Of a stretch of 64,000 bases of DNA, positions 1 through 10,745 are shown piece after piece. The translations under genes and the position numbers were made by a program. Each line of letters opens with the position of its first letter. The stretch's first letter is position 1. Source of the DNA: Candidatus Dojkabacteria bacterium (GTDB taxonomy: Bacteria; Patescibacteriota; Dojkabacteria; SC72; JAFGCJ01); contig JAFGIK010000086.1 of assembly GCA_016929645.1 (NCBI GenBank), forward strand, positions 408 through 64,407, in the 5' to 3' direction. Under the pieces are notes generated by a model, which made no database searches, was not told where the DNA came from, and saw only the letters and a list, made by a program, of their open reading frames with translations.

Positions 1-2
1 AA

Positions 3-56
3 AGATCAACATCCAGCAAGACATTGAAAGACTTGCTTAAAGAGATGCATGCCTAG
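3..56 (+). CDS. 3' end of a gene entering the window, possibly the C-terminal tail of ribosomal protein bL31
   Basis: Frame reads RSTSSKTLKDLLKEMHA-stop; position upstream of prfA-prmC is the usual rpmE position. Only 17 codons are visible. Confidence 0.35.
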   Translation, partial: RSTSSKTLKDLLKEMHA

Positions 57-86
57 AAAACCTCATATAAAAACACTTCAAAAACT

Positions 87-1130
87 ATGTCTGACGTTAA
101 TTTAGACAAATATGATTCATTTAAGAAAAAGTTTTCTCTTGTTGAAAAGCCTATATCTGCTGACCAGTGGGAAGAATACAACAGACTTTATCCAATTATC
201 GAGTCAATAAAAAAACTTGAGACACTGGTAAAGCAAAAAGACGAAAACGAGAAGATCATCAATACCGAATCAGATAAAGACTTAATCTCTTTCGCCAAAG
301 AGGATACCCTACGAATTACTAAAGATATTGAAAACATACAAGAAGAGATCAAAGAATTTGAAATCGAAAATCGTAAAAGCGATCCAATAAATCTAAAAAA
401 CGCTATACTCGAGATCAGAGCTGGTGCTGGAGGTGAAGAAGCCGCTCTATTTGGAGCAGATTTAATAAGAATGTACACTCGTTTCGCTGAAAAGAAAAAT
501 TTTAAAGTAACTATATTTCATCAAAATATATCTGAAAACGGAGGAATTAAAGAAATCGTAGTAAAAATAGAAGGAAGAGGAGCATTTGGCACATTCAGAT
601 ACGAAAGCGGAGTCCACAGAGTTCAAAGAGTCCCTGTCACTGAGAGTGCAGGAAGAATTCATACCTCCACTGCATCAGTTGCTGTATTACCAGAAGCAGA
701 AAAAGTTGACCTGGAAATAAAAAATGAAGAAATAGAAATCGATGTATTGAAAGCAACAGGCCCAGGAGGTCAACACGTCAACAAAACTGAATCGACAATA
801 CGAATCACTCACCTACCCACAAATATCATTGTAACCTGCCAGGAAAGCCGATCCCAGCTTAAAAATAGAGAAATTGCAATGGAAGTATTGAGAGCAAGAT
901 TATATGAGAGAAAAATAAAAGAAGAAGCTGATAAAAGAGCCACACTTAGGAAAAATCAGATTGGAAGTGCCATGAGATCTGAAAAAATTCGTACTTACAA
1001 TTTTCCTCAAAATCGAATCACAGACCACAGGATAAAGAAATCTTGGCATAACATTCCAGCTGTACTTGATGGTGATTTAGATGAAATTGTTGAAACATTA
1101 TCCTATGAACTCAATAAAGAAGATGAATAA
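87..1130 (+). CDS. prfA: Peptide chain release factor 1
   Basis: [10 protein letters not shown] (GGQ) motif; RVQRVPVTE carries the RF1-type PxT tripeptide; [12 protein letters not shown]; [14 protein letters not shown]. Confidence 0.97.
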   Translation: MSDVNLDKYDSFKKKFSLVEKPISADQWEEYNRLYPIIESIKKLETLVKQKDENEKIINTESDKDLISFAKEDTLRITKDIENIQEEIKEFEIENRKSDPINLKNAILEIRAGAGGEEAALFGADLIRMYTRFAEKKNFKVTIFHQNISENGGIKEIVVKIEGRGAFGTFRYESGVHRVQRVPVTESAGRIHTSTASVAVLPEAEKVDLEIKNEEIEIDVLKATGPGGQHVNKTESTIRITHLPTNIIVTCQESRSQLKNREIAMEVLRARLYERKIKEEADKRATLRKNQIGSAMRSEKIRTYNFPQNRITDHRIKKSWHNIPAVLDGDLDEIVETLSYELNKEDE

Positions 1131-2070
1131 AACTCAAAATAAAACAGAAAGATCTATAACAATAGGCCAAGCGATAAAAAAGATCGAGAAAGAGTCAAAG
1201 GACAATCTTGCAAATCCGCAAACTGATCCCATTCGTATCATAGAATCCATTATTAATACAAGCGAAACAGGAGTTATGCAAAGAATCAACGAACATTTAA
1301 CTCAGAAACAGATTGATAAATTAAACGATTCCATTAAGAGAATCCTAAATGACGAGCCAATTGAGTACATAACAGGGATATCATATTTCTGCGGGCATCG
1401 AATAAAAATATCAAAAGATGTATTAATTCCACGAGTTGAAACAGAGATGCTAGTCGAATTGGCAATCGCAGAAGCTTACCAAAAAATATATGACAAAGAC
1501 AAAGCAAATACAGAAAAAGAAAATCCAGAAAGCCTAGATTCTGATAACGGGAAAACCATAACAATAGTCGATGTTGGCACAGGGAGCGGTTGCATAATCT
1601 TATCTATTGCCTTGGGTATAACAAGTCCAGTTGACCTTAATGCAACAGAAATCTCACCCAAAGCAATTGAAATAGCAAAGGAAAACTTCACGATTCATGG
1701 GCTAGAAGAAGATATTCTATTAAAACAAGGAAATCTCCTTGCACCAATCATTGCACCCAAGTTTGCTGATATTGTTGTGGCAAATCTTCCATATATTCCA
1801 TCAATCGAAATGGAAGATTTGCCACGAAGTGTCCTCGCCTTCGAGCCCGAAACCGCATTAGATGGAGGGACTGATGGACTAAAGTATGTTAATGAGATGT
1901 TTGAACAATCAGTAAACCGGCTACGACCTGATGCAGTCATGTTGCTTGAGCTACAACCCAGTACAATAGAAGAAGCAGCTCTACTTGCAAAAAAATACTA
2001 CCCAGAGTGCAAGAAAGAGGTCATAAATGATCAATTCGATCGACAAAGATTTTTAAAAATATCTGTATAA
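1123..2070 (+). CDS. prmC: Release factor glutamine methyltransferase
   Basis: [29 protein letters not shown] motif, ANLPY motif. Start placed at the ATG at 1123 overlapping the prfA end rather than at 1081. Confidence 0.93.
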   Translation: MNKTQNKTERSITIGQAIKKIEKESKDNLANPQTDPIRIIESIINTSETGVMQRINEHLTQKQIDKLNDSIKRILNDEPIEYITGISYFCGHRIKISKDVLIPRVETEMLVELAIAEAYQKIYDKDKANTEKENPESLDSDNGKTITIVDVGTGSGCIILSIALGITSPVDLNATEISPKAIEIAKENFTIHGLEEDILLKQGNLLAPIIAPKFADIVVANLPYIPSIEMEDLPRSVLAFEPETALDGGTDGLKYVNEMFEQSVNRLRPDAVMLLELQPSTIEEAALLAKKYYPECKKEVINDQFDRQRFLKISV

Positions 2071-2075
2071 ATTAT

Positions 2076-2091
2076 AGATTTGGCCAAATCT
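2076..2091. other. Perfect 16-bp palindrome AGATTTGGCCAAATCT between convergent prmC and htrA; possible terminator or protein-binding site
   Basis: Read directly; no U-tract follows. Confidence 0.35.
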
Positions 2092-2195
2092 GCTAAATAG
2101 GCGCTACAGAATCAAATCTCAAGTGGCATAAAAATCAAGCAACAAGAAAAATGACAAGGATTACCACCTTATACTAACTAATATTATTACTAGAC

Positions 2196-3548
2196 CTACT
2201 CCGCTTCTTCGAGAGTTACATCTACATTAATGTATTTTCCATCCCTCAATATCTTCATTTCAACCTTATCTCCAATATCATAAGTTTGAATAATGTCAGA
2301 AAATGATGTGACAATATCCTTACCATCAACCTGAGTAATAATATCACCAATCTTGATTCCGGCTTTCTCCGCAGGACTGTTTTTTGAAACACGCTTAACA
2401 TCAGCACCGTATACAAGATTGCCTTCAACAATAGCTGAATAATCAGTTACTAATGAATACTCAACCCCTAAATATGGTTGAATAAATTTACCGTTCTTTT
2501 TATATTCACTTATCCTTCCTTTTGCTTTATTTATCGGAAGCGCAAATGAAATATTGTCTGCACCGACAGTTTTAGTAAAATTAATTCCAATTACATTCCC
2601 ATCAGAATCAAGCAATGGCCCGCCAGAGTTACCAGGATTCACAGATGCATCAGTTTGAATTACATCCTCATACGTCCTGCTTGTACTCCAAAAACCCTCA
2701 CTCGTAGCAGCGGTGACAGATCGTCCAAGCCCACTAATAATTCCTGTAGTTACACTTCCTGGATAATTGCCCAGTGGTGTCCCAATAGCAACAACATACT
2801 GCCCAACAAGCAGATCATCAGAATTGCCAAGAGCCAAAGCATTAAAGTCTTTTCCATCAATCTTCAAAATCGCAATATCATTTACATTATCTCTGGCTAT
2901 ATCCTCAACTTCATATTTTTTCCCATCACTGGTAATTACGATATAGTTACTCGATGTATTTGAGACAACATGTTGATTAGTTAAAACCAGTCCAGATTCA
3001 TCAATAATAAAACCTGTTCCAATATTGTAAGAATCCGAAGTATTTTCTGAATCCTTAATTGCTACAGTAACAACTCCATCCTTGGTTTCATCAACAACAT
3101 CTATAACAAAATTCTCTTCAACAACAACATTTCTTATCGTGTTTTTAGAATTATTTTCAGAATTTGATGCTTTACTAGAAGAATCAGGATCTTCACGATC
3201 ATAAGTATCTTCGATAAAATTATGATCCTCTAGCCAATGTCTAACAACAGGGACAAATGTTGCACCAATATAGACCCCTATAAAAAGCATTATCGTTAAG
3301 GAAATAATATAGCCAAAGAGCCTTATATACTGGACAATTTTGAACCTCGGCTCTTTATTATCTTTATTATCAGTTTTGTCAGGTTTTTTAGAACCTTGTA
3401 TTTTATTATCCTTTGCAATATTAACCTCACCTTTCGGAGTCATCTGGTGATTTTTGTACATACTACGAGATTCTTGATTATGAGAATGTTCATTATCTTT
3501 TTGATCAGTTTTGTTAAATTTCTTATCTTCCATCAATAAAGCCATCAT
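2196..3548 (-). CDS. htrA: HtrA/DegP-family serine protease, one TM helix and one PDZ domain
   Basis: TNQHVV (His), DIAILKI (Asp), GNSGGP (Ser) triad; C-terminal PDZ with SPAEKAGIKIGD. Confidence 0.93.
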   Translation of the reverse strand: MMALLMEDKKFNKTDQKDNEHSHNQESRSMYKNHQMTPKGEVNIAKDNKIQGSKKPDKTDNKDNKEPRFKIVQYIRLFGYIISLTIMLFIGVYIGATFVPVVRHWLEDHNFIEDTYDREDPDSSSKASNSENNSKNTIRNVVVEENFVIDVVDETKDGVVTVAIKDSENTSDSYNIGTGFIIDESGLVLTNQHVVSNTSSNYIVITSDGKKYEVEDIARDNVNDIAILKIDGKDFNALALGNSDDLLVGQYVVAIGTPLGNYPGSVTTGIISGLGRSVTAATSEGFWSTSRTYEDVIQTDASVNPGNSGGPLLDSDGNVIGINFTKTVGADNISFALPINKAKGRISEYKKNGKFIQPYLGVEYSLVTDYSAIVEGNLVYGADVKRVSKNSPAEKAGIKIGDIITQVDGKDIVTSFSDIIQTYDIGDKVEMKILRDGKYINVDVTLEEAE

Positions 3549-3607
3549 AAAAATTTAATTTTTTAATCAAGAAAGTTGATACTTGTGGGTTCTTAAGAAA
3601 CAAAAAA

Positions 3608-4072
3608 TTACTCCCCAATTAGATTAACAACAATATCAGTTGTACTTGTTTTTGTAGGACAACTAATTACTAACTCAAGAGGATATTTACCCAGCTCTCT
3701 TAAAGGTTGAGAAAGTACAATATCTAAGGAAATAGAAGAGTTATCAGCTATTTTCATCTTCTTCATAATTACCTGAAGAACCTCATCTTTATCCACTGAA
3801 CCAAATAAGCGGCCACCACTACTTGCCTTAGCTTTTATCTGGAAAACTTTATTCTTGACAGATTGGGCTATTTTTATTACCTCATCAGCAGCCACAAGCG
3901 ATTGCTCTTCCTCCTGCTTCGCCGTCTTCTTGGCCTGAGCCAAAACATTATCAGAAGCAACAGCTGCAATCTTTCGTGGGATTAGAAAATTTACGGCATA
4001 TCCAGATTTAATTTCTACAATATCACCCTTCTTCCCAATTCCCTTACAGTCTTCTATCAAAACTACTTTCAT
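3608..4072 (-). CDS. rplI: 50S ribosomal protein bL9
   Basis: MKVVL..GKKGDIVEIKSGYAVNFLIP; GRLFGSV. Confidence 0.95.
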   Translation of the reverse strand: MKVVLIEDCKGIGKKGDIVEIKSGYAVNFLIPRKIAAVASDNVLAQAKKTAKQEEEQSLVAADEVIKIAQSVKNKVFQIKAKASSGGRLFGSVDKDEVLQVIMKKMKIADNSSISLDIVLSQPLRELGKYPLELVISCPTKTSTTDIVVNLIGE

Positions 4073-4076
4073 AGTA

Positions 4077-5363
4077 TTAAATTTTAGAATTTAGATACTT
4101 GAGAGCCTCATCCATCTGAGGATCATCCCCATCTTTAAACTCCTGATCACTTATGTCAATTTTCTTATCAGGTTCAATAACATTATCAGGGTTCAGCCAG
4201 GTACCATCAGGCAATAACCACTTAAAAATAGTAATATGCAAACTTGATCCATCTGTAAAATCAACAATATCCTGAGCAGTACCTTTGCCATAAGTTTCCT
4301 CACCGATGATATATGCCCTATCATTTTGTTGCATAGCTCCTGCGAAAATTTCAGAAGCAGACGCGCTACCTCCATTAACGAGCACTACCACAGGAATATC
4401 CAGCATATTTCCGTCTCTGTCTACCGTAAATGAAGTCTGATCTCCTTCGCGATCTTCTTGTTTTACTACAACGGTACCAGAATCAAGGAAATCACCAGCT
4501 GCCCACACTGCAGCACTGAAATACCCACCTGGGTTTCCTCGAAGATCAATAACCAAAGCCTTAGGCTTTTCTTTTTTAACATCCTCAATAACTGAATCCC
4601 ATTTTTGTTCCCAAGCTACAAGCGAACTTTCAGTAAATCTATCTACGTCAACGACAGCAATATCCCCTTCCATTCCTTCAAAGGTAATACTTGGAGCCTT
4701 AATTTCATCACGAGTTACTACAATATCCTCTGTTTCACTACCATCTTTATGTAATACTGTAATTTCTACATCAGTGCCTTTTTCTCCTCTTAACAAAGCG
4801 ACAACTTCATACAAACCTTTCCCTGTAACATCATTGCCATCTACTTTTAATACTTTATCTCCAGATTTCAAACCTGCCTCTATCGCAGGCGATCCCTCCA
4901 ATGGGGAAATGATAACAACATAACCATCTTCATAACCCATTTCAGCACCAATTCCTTCAAACTTGCCTTGATTTCCATCCTTGTATTGCTGAGTTTCCTC
5001 TGGTGTTAAATAAACAGTTGCAGGATCATCCAATCCGTCAACCATACCCTTAATTGCACCATAATACATTTCCTGTTGGTCCAAATCTTTGTCAACATAT
5101 TGTGTAGCCAAAGTCTCCCAAACTTCCCAAAATCTATCAAAATCTAACTCTGTTACATCATTATTTTCTGTTTTTCCTACAATCTTATATAGATTTGAAA
5201 CGTCATTACTTTTTGACCCTCCCCAAACTTTTCCAGAAAAAAAACCTACTGTAAAAACACAGAAAATAACGAGAACAAGCCCTATAAAATTAAGAAATCT
5301 ATTAATACTTAATGAACTTACGTCCTTATTCGCATTAATTGAAGAAACCTTAGCTTTAACCAT
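4077..5363 (-). CDS. S41 C-terminal processing protease (CtpA/Prc), N-terminal TM and PDZ
   Basis: IDLRGNPGG, SASASE catalytic Ser, TYGKG catalytic Lys. Confidence 0.93.
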   Translation of the reverse strand: MVKAKVSSINANKDVSSLSINRFLNFIGLVLVIFCVFTVGFFSGKVWGGSKSNDVSNLYKIVGKTENNDVTELDFDRFWEVWETLATQYVDKDLDQQEMYYGAIKGMVDGLDDPATVYLTPEETQQYKDGNQGKFEGIGAEMGYEDGYVVIISPLEGSPAIEAGLKSGDKVLKVDGNDVTGKGLYEVVALLRGEKGTDVEITVLHKDGSETEDIVVTRDEIKAPSITFEGMEGDIAVVDVDRFTESSLVAWEQKWDSVIEDVKKEKPKALVIDLRGNPGGYFSAAVWAAGDFLDSGTVVVKQEDREGDQTSFTVDRDGNMLDIPVVVLVNGGSASASEIFAGAMQQNDRAYIIGEETYGKGTAQDIVDFTDGSSLHITIFKWLLPDGTWLNPDNVIEPDKKIDISDQEFKDGDDPQMDEALKYLNSKI

Positions 5364-5407
5364 ATCTATTAATAAAATACTAATTTAAAATCATACTTAA
5401 CATTAGT

Positions 5408-5416
5408 ATTATACCA
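5408..5416 (-). promoter_or_regulatory. Extended -10 promoter (TGnTATAAT) upstream of the S41 protease-rplI-htrA genes
   Basis: Minus strand reads TGGTATAAT about 45 nt before the start at 5363. Confidence 0.5.
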
Positions 5417-5467
5417 CAGGGTAAAAATAGTGGATTATCAAAAACTAGTAAAATAAATCATAATCTA

Positions 5468-7132
5468 TCAAAGATATTGTGAAGGATTTTGAATAAAATC
5501 CCGTCTAAGCATACGTTGTAGCTGAATCATTTTTCCTAGTAAAGTTGCTCCTGCGGTTCTTGATCGACAAATTTTCTTACCTGAAAAGAATTCATCTAGA
5601 CCGCAAATTCGATCCTGCTCAGATCTTAATTTCAAAAACTCTCCTGTACCTCGCCGTACTCGATTAAGTCTATAACTATTTCTTGATTTAGCTATTCCGA
5701 TAGCTTTCTGTAAGCTACTTTGAGGATATCCTGCTTTGAGATATTCAATGGAGGCAATTGTAGATAAGGCTTCAATCTCAGTATCCATAATTAATTTAGA
5801 AACACGGTATCTAACTGATTCGTCCTCATTATATATTTGATCTAAAGAATATCCAGGATAAAATAACTGCCATAATTCTAATCTGCTATCAGAACAAAAT
5901 TTTTGAACAAATCCTAATTCTTCATTAAAAAGGTTTAGAACTTGATCAACACTCAATCTCTCAAGATCTGAATAACCTTGTTCAGGATAGTTATCTTGAA
6001 TGTATCCGAGAAGAAGTCTTGAGTATCCATCAAATAGCAGCTTATTGAGTCTGAGTTTTTCTGCACTTTTATTTTCAGGATTATCCAGAACATTGGCAGA
6101 AATAAACATCATTTCCAACATATAGTTATCAAACACTTGAGTTTTTACACGATCAGTCATCAAATATTGCAATGAGTGACCCGTACCCTCATAATCTTCA
6201 TCGTACCATCCATACTTATCAAGCCAGTAATCAGCAAAACCTTTAAATTCTGATTCATTTTGACGTCTCCACTCATTCGCAATAACAGTCATCTGTTCAT
6301 TAGAAAGAGAATAATTAGCCACAAACTGTTCATCTATCTGACTCATACAAGTCTCATCCCATTCACACACACGCGTCAAGTATTCACTCATTGTAGAAAT
6401 ATCTATTCCAATCATGCTGATTACAGGGATATCCTGATCCGGTGTTGCCCCTGTTATATGAACTGGGGCAACTTTTGATTCTTGAGAAAACATAGTATCC
6501 AATGGATTGATTCCAGATAAATCGTCGGTCAAGAAGGGAGAAGGATCATCATAAAACAATAAATATTGTAAACCCTCGACAGTAAGAACACCTTCGTTTG
6601 CAGGTGATGCCGGAATAAGATAGAAAAGCCCATTTGTGGATCTTACGGAATAGATAGCGATCGATTGATCAGGGATACGATTATCCAAAGACGAAAGCAG
6701 ATCAGCTGGATTTTCAATTCCTGCCTCAGTCATCATACGGACATAATGCTTGCGGACTGCAGACATAGCGAAATCAATATCAACAAGATTTGCTCCTTCA
6801 CCAATTCTGAATTTATACATATTTACACCACTATCCCTGGTTTCCGATTCTACTTTTATTTCTGTACCAGATGTAATCACTTCTGAGTGCTGAATTTCAT
6901 ATCGAGGTGGAAATTTGGACATATGATCTTCATTAAATGCAGGCTGACCAAATTGGTTTAATACTATATCGCCAGCTTTACTTGATATACCTGAAGAAAG
7001 AGGAGATGTTGTAGGTATTTTATCTCCTGTAGAGCTTGTATCAGGTGTACGATTATTTGGCGTACTACAGGCGGTAAATGATGTAATTGCTGCAGCTAGA
7101 ACTAATCTGATTCCCTTACTTTTAAGATCCAT
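5468..7132 (-). CDS. Hypothetical protein, putative lipoprotein
   Basis: 554-aa ORF; basic N-terminus, hydrophobic stretch and lipobox-like FTA-C followed by a Ser/Thr/Pro linker; no recognisable domain. Confidence 0.6.
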   Translation of the reverse strand: MDLKSKGIRLVLAAAITSFTACSTPNNRTPDTSSTGDKIPTTSPLSSGISSKAGDIVLNQFGQPAFNEDHMSKFPPRYEIQHSEVITSGTEIKVESETRDSGVNMYKFRIGEGANLVDIDFAMSAVRKHYVRMMTEAGIENPADLLSSLDNRIPDQSIAIYSVRSTNGLFYLIPASPANEGVLTVEGLQYLLFYDDPSPFLTDDLSGINPLDTMFSQESKVAPVHITGATPDQDIPVISMIGIDISTMSEYLTRVCEWDETCMSQIDEQFVANYSLSNEQMTVIANEWRRQNESEFKGFADYWLDKYGWYDEDYEGTGHSLQYLMTDRVKTQVFDNYMLEMMFISANVLDNPENKSAEKLRLNKLLFDGYSRLLLGYIQDNYPEQGYSDLERLSVDQVLNLFNEELGFVQKFCSDSRLELWQLFYPGYSLDQIYNEDESVRYRVSKLIMDTEIEALSTIASIEYLKAGYPQSSLQKAIGIAKSRNSYRLNRVRRGTGEFLKLRSEQDRICGLDEFFSGKKICRSRTAGATLLGKMIQLQRMLRRDFIQNPSQYL

Positions 7133-7262
7133 AATTTATGTTCAAAAAAATTACGCCAAACATTTGTCATTATAACAAAACAAAGGGAAAATTGGGAATT
7201 CCATAGCTGAAATATACTAATATTGGGGCATCACAAGAATACTTCGGTCATTAACACACAAC

Positions 7263-8333
7263 CTAAATCAACACAAAACTATTTTCGGAAAGTAATACTT
7301 TCCTTCCACTATCAAGAATAACTTGTATCAAATCTTCATTATCCATAATGCTAATTACCTTGGCAGTATAGCCCCAAAAAGGAAGATCAAGAATTTTCAC
7401 AAAGTCTCCAATTTTAACAAGCCTCACAGGACAAATATCGACATTATTAAAATCTGGAATATTTACAAAAAAACTTCGCTTCTTTATATTCTCTCGATCG
7501 TCATGATAAAGCACAATCGATTCCCTATCAACATCAAGATAAGTGAACTTATCCTTATGACTGGATAATAAATCTAATAACACAGCATTTATTGGTATCG
7601 TACCCCACCCTTCAGTAACAAATATTGGGATAACTTCATCCTTTATACCGTCAAATTCGGCACGATCAACAGCACCTACAATTATGCCGGAAACATCATT
7701 TTCTACAGCAGCTTCATAAAGCTTGAACGTCAGTTTTCGACCAAGTACAAGAATCTTGCCCTTACATGATTCATCAATGTCGGATGTAGAGTACATGGAG
7801 TTTCCATCTTTTATTAATTTCAATTTCCCTCCCTTACTTTCACCCACACACGTAAAAGCCTTGGCTACAAAACCATTTACTGAAAAACTGATACTTCGTC
7901 GATAGTTGCTTAGAGGTAGGATATTGAAGACCTTGCCATAGATACCTGCTTTCACACTTGAATATTCAGAAGGAGCCATGATATCAACAAAACCAGAAGA
8001 CAGACGATCAAGAGCAACCTTCCCATTATATTGAGAAAAAGCAATTTTCTCTGCAAGACCAAAGGAAACGGAGCGACGCGCAATTACTTCTCCCTTATCA
8101 ATAATCTCCCCTTGATCTTTGAGTAAATATTTGCCAACTTCATCGACATTCACACCCAAATCTTTTGGTAGATTTATTGACTGCAATACTTCAGAAGATT
8201 CTCCTTCAAAGATTAACGAATCTGGACTAATCTCATCACCCTTTGATACAACACAGCTAGCAGATCCAGAAAAATCTATTGAGATTTCTTCATCAGTTGA
8301 ATAGTAAATTTTCTTTTCTTCAACCCCAATCAT
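7263..8333 (-). CDS. Conserved hypothetical protein with barrel-sandwich-hybrid-like repeats and a C-terminal KOW/SH3-like domain
   Basis: SKGDEI and QGEIIDKGEVIA repeats; IIVGA..FVTEGWG.IP; VKIGDFVKILDLPFWGYTAKV KOW-like segment. Resembles the family I recall next to GlmL-like genes. Confidence 0.6.
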   Translation of the reverse strand: MIGVEEKKIYYSTDEEISIDFSGSASCVVSKGDEISPDSLIFEGESSEVLQSINLPKDLGVNVDEVGKYLLKDQGEIIDKGEVIARRSVSFGLAEKIAFSQYNGKVALDRLSSGFVDIMAPSEYSSVKAGIYGKVFNILPLSNYRRSISFSVNGFVAKAFTCVGESKGGKLKLIKDGNSMYSTSDIDESCKGKILVLGRKLTFKLYEAAVENDVSGIIVGAVDRAEFDGIKDEVIPIFVTEGWGTIPINAVLLDLLSSHKDKFTYLDVDRESIVLYHDDRENIKKRSFFVNIPDFNNVDICPVRLVKIGDFVKILDLPFWGYTAKVISIMDNEDLIQVILDSGRKVLLSENSFVLI

Positions 8334-8337
8334 TTGA

Positions 8338-9696
8338 TTAATACGAAAGGTTTAAATTATTTAACCACCTTGAAAGGCGACTTCTATTTTGCATTATTCC
8401 AGGTCCATAAACAATTGGAGATTCACGACAATCAATCACAAGCTTATCGCAAGGATTTTTAAAACTCAAAGAAAATTCAGAATTTGATCCATTAAGAGAA
8501 GGGAAGAATGCCCCATTCTGCGGACGAAATTTTACATACTCAGCTTCATGAATATTCATCGTATAAAAATCGCCAAACACTCCAAGTATTGGCTCCATCG
8601 AAGGTGTTCTTTTGTCATCCGGAAGTAAAGTCAACTCCTTATATGAAATATTATTATCTTCTTTAAAGTTAATATGACCTTTGAAGCATACTGAACCTAT
8701 ATTAGAATCATTTCCACCCTCACATGTAAGATATTTAATAGAAGGATTAAAAAGTCGCTTTATCGAACAAATAAAATCTTTCTTTAACTCTGGATTCAAC
8801 ACAACAGATCCATTTATAAAATTCTCGTCATTATCGAAAATGACATCAAAATTTCCTCTAAGTTGCAAACCGTCAATTACTGATAGGAAAATCAATTCGT
8901 TCGAAAGAATTTTTGTTAAATCTCCAGTGATCAATAAAGCAGCTCTCAATCCATCTCTACCAAGTTTATTAAATTCGCTATCTTTAATTTTTATCAATTT
9001 TAAAGTCAATAAAGAACGAAAAATATCTTTAACATCAACGGAAGAACAGTTTAATACGGGATCCTTCATGACATTATGCAAGAAATTATCCAATTCCTGA
9101 CTATTTATATTCACGGAAAGAGTATTAGAAATCAACGGTAGAAGATTATCTATATCAGAAACAAACTTCGAATGATACTCCTTGATACTATCGACAACAG
9201 AATCTTGCGCATTAGTGTTATTACCGAGATGAAAAACATCAATATCATCCCAACCTAAATCAACCACAACCAGGTCATCCACTTCAAGAAGCTCTCTTAT
9301 TCTGATAATCTCTTTTGATTTCGAACTATCATTGTACAAAACAGATCTTACTCCAAGAACATTTGAATAAAAATCTTTTTGATAAAACTTAGGACATACA
9401 AGCAAAAATGCTTCAGTGACGCCTAAGCCATCCTCCTGCATAGGCCGTATCAAGGAATTGTCCTCATTGATAAACTTCCAATCAACCTCGCGAACCCAAT
9501 TCTTTAGAAATTTAGCACAGAGACTATCAAGCAATGACAATGAAAAATCTGTGGGAATTCTGACATAATCAGACGTAACAAGAGAATCTCCTGTTACATA
9601 ATCAGAAATTATCAGAGAAAATCTTACGCTTACATCAGTTACTGCAACAATAAGTCTATTATCCTGTCTCTCAGTTGGATATTTGGGCAGATTCAT
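8338..9696 (-). CDS. Glutamate mutase L (GlmL/MutL)-like ASKHA-fold protein, degenerate
   Basis: LVVVDLGWDDIDVF resembles the phosphate-2 motif VDxGGATTDVF; IDGLQLRG and C-terminal LVIDCRESP resemble LDALQPxG and IIDARGRP of long GlmL-like proteins. Confidence 0.5.
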   Translation of the reverse strand: MNLPKYPTERQDNRLIVAVTDVSVRFSLIISDYVTGDSLVTSDYVRIPTDFSLSLLDSLCAKFLKNWVREVDWKFINEDNSLIRPMQEDGLGVTEAFLLVCPKFYQKDFYSNVLGVRSVLYNDSSKSKEIIRIRELLEVDDLVVVDLGWDDIDVFHLGNNTNAQDSVVDSIKEYHSKFVSDIDNLLPLISNTLSVNINSQELDNFLHNVMKDPVLNCSSVDVKDIFRSLLTLKLIKIKDSEFNKLGRDGLRAALLITGDLTKILSNELIFLSVIDGLQLRGNFDVIFDNDENFINGSVVLNPELKKDFICSIKRLFNPSIKYLTCEGGNDSNIGSVCFKGHINFKEDNNISYKELTLLPDDKRTPSMEPILGVFGDFYTMNIHEAEYVKFRPQNGAFFPSLNGSNSEFSLSFKNPCDKLVIDCRESPIVYGPGIMQNRSRLSRWLNNLNLSY

Positions 9697-9748
9697 AGCA
9701 AGAATACCATCCCTATATAATTAATCTCAGTCGACAAACTTAATACAC

Positions 9749-10096
9749 CTATTTTGTCAGAGAAACATAAGGAAGTAAAGCCATATATCTTGCATTTTTT
9801 ATAGCTCTGGCTAGCTGTCTTTGATGCTTTGCACACATACCTGATTTATCACGTCCAATAATTTTACCTCTTACAGAGGTATATTTCTTAAGCTGATATA
9901 CATCTTTGTAGGTGATATATTGAACGCCAGCTTCACATAAAGGACATTTCAAATCAACATCTACTCTTTTTCGACGCCTCGTCCTCTTTGTAGGTTCATC
10001 ACCAAGAATAGACTTATCGTCAAAGACATCAGTCAAAGCTTTACCTTCTTTTTTTTCCATTAAGATATCTGTTTTTGGTTCTTTTATATCTGGCAT
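9749..10096 (-). CDS. rpsR: 30S ribosomal protein bS18, Zn-binding form, with N-terminal extension
   Basis: CPLC..ITYKDVYQLKKY..RGKI..CAKHQRQLARAIKNARYMALLPY. Confidence 0.95.
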   Translation of the reverse strand: MPDIKEPKTDILMEKKEGKALTDVFDDKSILGDEPTKRTRRRKRVDVDLKCPLCEAGVQYITYKDVYQLKKYTSVRGKIIGRDKSGMCAKHQRQLARAIKNARYMALLPYVSLTK

Positions 10097-10124
10097 AGTA
10101 ATTTTATCCTTATTTTATAATCAT

Positions 10125-10661
10125 TTAAAATGGAAGTTCATCCTCTAACGGGTCGTTACTTTTGTCATCATCTGACACCTCTTCGGATTTTGAAGCTTCT
10201 TTTGATTTGTCATCAGAAACTTCAGCCTTTTCTTCACTAACAGGTGCATCAACTGTTGATCCAGAGTTTGCAACAGGCTCAGCTCCTTCACCATTACCTG
10301 CTCCGCCACCTACTCCTGACTTCCCTTTACTGTCAAGAAGAATCATCTCATTTAATTTGATTTCTGTTCGATACTTGGTCTCACCTGAATCATCTTCCCA
10401 AGTCCTAGTCCGAAGTTCACCTTCTACGTAGACTTTCATACCCTTGGCAAGTAGCTGATAACAAACTTCAGCCATTTTATTCCAAGCAACGACATTGTGG
10501 AATTCAGCCTCTTCTTTAATATTACCCTCAGCATCTTTCCAACTTCTGTTAGTTGCTACACCAAATGTACACATACCAGCACCACTTGATGTATAACGAA
10601 TCTCAGGATCTCTAGTAAGATTTCCTATCAATATAACCTTATTTAATGATCGAGTAGCCAT
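10125..10661 (-). CDS. ssb: Single-stranded DNA-binding protein
   Basis: LNKVILIGNLTRDPE OB fold; acidic C-terminal tip EDELPF. Confidence 0.97.
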   Translation of the reverse strand: MATRSLNKVILIGNLTRDPEIRYTSSGAGMCTFGVATNRSWKDAEGNIKEEAEFHNVVAWNKMAEVCYQLLAKGMKVYVEGELRTRTWEDDSGETKYRTEIKLNEMILLDSKGKSGVGGGAGNGEGAEPVANSGSTVDAPVSEEKAEVSDDKSKEASKSEEVSDDDKSNDPLEDELPF

Positions 10662-10745
10662 TAAACTAAAAAATAAATTTATATTATATTACTAAGTATA
10701 TCTGTCAATAATTAAAAAATATTAAAACACCTCGAAAAGCAAGAA

